64,000 bases of DNA. Origin: Octopus bimaculoides. Its lineage: Eukaryota. Below, piece by piece: positions 61,260-64,000 of this stretch (position 1 is the stretch's first letter; each line of letters opens with the position of its first letter). The position numbers and the translations under genes are program-made. Under the pieces are notes generated by a model, which was not told the DNA's origin, did no database searches, and was given only the letters and a program-made list of their open reading frames with translations. The stretch spans positions 161,068,417 to 161,132,416 of the forward strand of contig NC_068982.1 in the NCBI RefSeq assembly GCF_001194135.2, read 5' to 3'.

Positions 61260-64000
61260 TTCAGAAGGCTTAACAGAACAATAATAATTTATTGGAAGAG
61301 GAATTGGTGATAGAATTAAATCGAAGCGTACTTGCCGGCATACCGTGCATAGCATTCAGAGATAGGGCATAACAGTGTCCTAGATGAATAGAAGGAATGT
61401 TCAGGCGCCTTGACATAAGGTCACAAATCCAAATGAGGTGTATGCAGCATATTAAATATATAACACTTACAGTTACTTCATAATGTAAAAATATGGAACA
61501 TGATAAATGTTCGAACAGTCTCATAATCCGTTATTAAATTCTAGAATGTTTCTCCATTGGAGAAGTCATCGGCGGAAGATTGGAGAAGTCATCGGCGGAA
61601 GATTGGAGAAGTCTGTTGACGTAGAGAGCAGGGTCTTGGGATGATAAGTCCACTGGGGCCAGCATCTGATCCGGCAAGGATAACGGTACTTCGTAATGCA
61701 GCTCCACAGGAGAGTATTCAAGATCCTCCTTGACTGCTGAAAGGCAGCCCAAAAGAACAATGAGTAGATACTCGCTCCATCGATATTGGTCAGGATAAGC
61801 ACACATCGCAGACTTCCATTGGCGGTGGAAGCATTCCACCATACCATTTGAAGCTGGATAGTGACTAGTAGTCCGAATGCAGCGCGCAACTAGAATTTTC
61901 GAAAGCTCATGGAAGAGCTGGGATTCGAATTGCCTACCACGGTCAATGATGATCGTGGTAGGGACGCCATAGCGCGATATCCAACCCGATATCAGGGCTC
62001 GCGCTACCGATTCTGCTGAAATATCATATAAAGGGATAGCTTCTGGCCAACGTGTAAAGCGGTTGATTCACGTAAGGAGTTACGTAAAGCCTTGACTAAC
62101 TGGTCAAGGTCCAACAAAAATCAATATGCAAGTGAGTCAGACGAGCGTTCAGGGTGTTGAACGTACCGAGAGGTGCACGGATCTGCTTATGCACCTTCGA
62201 TTTCTGGCAGAAAAGGCAAAAATGTGACCAAGCAGTGATATCTCATATTCGACCAGAAGGATCTAACCGAAATGAGTTTCACTGTGGTTAAAGCGCCGGG
62301 ATGTGAAAGACTATGCAAAGTGTGGAAAACAGTTCGACGGTGCGTCTATGGAACAAGAGGACAAGGTGTATCCGTCGAGACGTCACATAACATTTGTGCA
62401 TCAGAAGTAGGCACAGGCAAGTACTTAAATTTACACGTCGCAAATTCTGGTGAAGCAAGATCGATCGACTCTTGGAGAGGGTGATCTGCAGAAAGAAGAT
62501 AGAGGTCGATATCTGTAGGTGATGACAATGAATTTACATGGAAGCGAGAGAGAGCATCTGCTACTGCATTCTGTGCACCAGGGATATGACGAATATCATT
62601 GGTAAACTGCGAAACAAAATCTAGATGACAAGTTTTGCGAGGCGAGTATCTGTGAGGCTTAGAACGAAGTGCAAAGGTAAGTGGACGATGATCTGTATAG
62701 ATCGTAAATTGGCGACCTTTAAGTGAGTGTCAAAAGTGTCTAACTGTCAATTACATAGCTAGAAGTTCACGGCCGATCGTGCTATAGCAGGTTTCGGGGG
62801 TGCTTAAGCTGCCTCGAGAAGAAAGCAAGAGGTTGTACTTACTGCTGGTGATGTTGCTGCAAAACTGCACCAAAGGCTGTGTTTGATGTATCAACGACCA
62901 GCGAAAGCTGGGCATCAGACACAGGATATGTAAAAAGAGAAGTGCTAACCAGCGCATGTTTAACTTTGGTGAATGCCTCAAGATGAACCAGGTCAAGAGA
63001 AATAGGGTCGACCTTCTTTTTTCTATTCCGTAAGAGATCGGACAGAAGAGACATGAGGTTCGCACAATGTGGAATAAAACGGCGATAATAATTAAGGAGA
63101 CCAAGGAACTGTCGAAGCAGTCGCAAAGAAGTAGGTGGAGGAATACCCTGAAGAGGTTTCATTTTATCCGGAAGTGGTGATATTCCGTCAGCGCTGAGGT
63201 GTGGCCCAAAAAGACAAGTGAAGACGCACCAAAAACGCACTTCGCAGGGTTAATGCGAACTTGAAACTGCTTAAATCGCTTGAAACTGCTTAAAAGTAGG
63301 CAGAGGTGAGTGATATGTTCTTCTAGTGAAGTACTCGCAACCAGAATGTCGTCGATATAGGAGTATACAAAGTCAAAATCGCAATCGACCTCGTCCATGA
63401 AACGCTGGAAGGTACATGCAGTATTTCGTAACCTGAAAGGCATAGTTAAAAATTCAAATGCCCCAAAAGGGGTAGTCACAGCAGCCCTTGGTATATCAGT
63501 AGAATTCACCGGTATTTGATGGTAAGGCTTGACCAAATCCGATTTCGACAAGATAGTACATCCATGAAGAGAAAAAACAAAATCTTGAGCGTGTGCGATC
63601 GGATACCGATCCAGCACAGTAATCGAATTCAAACGTGTAAAGTCTCCAGTCGGACACAAATCTCCGGAGTTTTTCGGAACCATATGTAACGGAGAGGCCT
63701 ACGGACTGGAAGAAGGGTGGATGATCCCCAATTGCAACATATGATTGAACTCTACCTTGGCCGCTTTTAATCTCTCGTGAGGGAGATGACGAAGTCGAGA
63801 AAAGACAGAAGCACCCTTGGTTTCAATAAGATATTTGATAGAGTGAGTAGGAGTACTCACTACAAAATTCAAATTGGTTAATTCCAGAAAGGAATGTAGA
63901 AGCGATTGGTATAGGTTATCAGAAGCAGCAATAAAGAAAACTGGACTGATTGCTGGAATCGACGGCCTACGACCAGAAACGGAAAGATCCGTGTTTGCGT
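61260..64000 (-). mobile_element. Gypsy (Ty3/Metaviridae) LTR retrotransposon pol remnant: RT-RNase H-integrase; continues past the window edge
   Basis: RT: GDFTRLN...DRYPI...DLVKPYHQIP...TPFGAFEFLTMPFRLRN...YIDDILV...KCVF...FLGH. RNase H: VDTSN..FGAVLQQ...DRELLA...IYTDHRPL. Integrase: HIDFVGP...RFTRWPEA...DRGRQFES...SNGMVECFHR. Multiple frameshifts; no LTR recognised. Confidence 0.93.

Overview
Eukaryotic, AT-rich, repeat-dominated genomic DNA from a gapped draft assembly (17 N-gaps, about 5.7 kb, nearly all flanked by microsatellites). The SINE families and the dense (TA)n/(CA)n/(TACA)n/(GA)n tracts resemble octopus (Octopus bimaculoides-like); this is an inference from recalled repeat consensus sequences and was not searched. 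I found no intact host gene, rRNA, tRNA or CRISPR array, and almost all ORF-track entries are microsatellite or N-gap artefacts. The window holds many decayed mobile elements: three tRNA-derived SINE families, a CR1/L2 3' end, L1/Tx1-like fragments, a 5'-truncated R4/Dong LINE, several Penelope-like element (PLE) remnants, an internally deleted Helitron with both termini, an Hsmar1-like mariner, pogo and piggyBac fragments, several MITE/foldback elements and a Gypsy pol running off the right edge. Three signals stand out. (1) A set of minimal type I hammerhead-ribozyme motifs, most at PLE-like termini; one (52904-52945, minus strand) has a complete core with the compensatory U3-A8 pair, and four of five others share a CCGA (U4C) core. 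(2) Many long inverted repeats and foldbacks, including a nested, subfamily-symmetric palindrome of four SINEs. (3) A decayed, unrecognised protein-like reading frame at about 32.8-33.6 kb.
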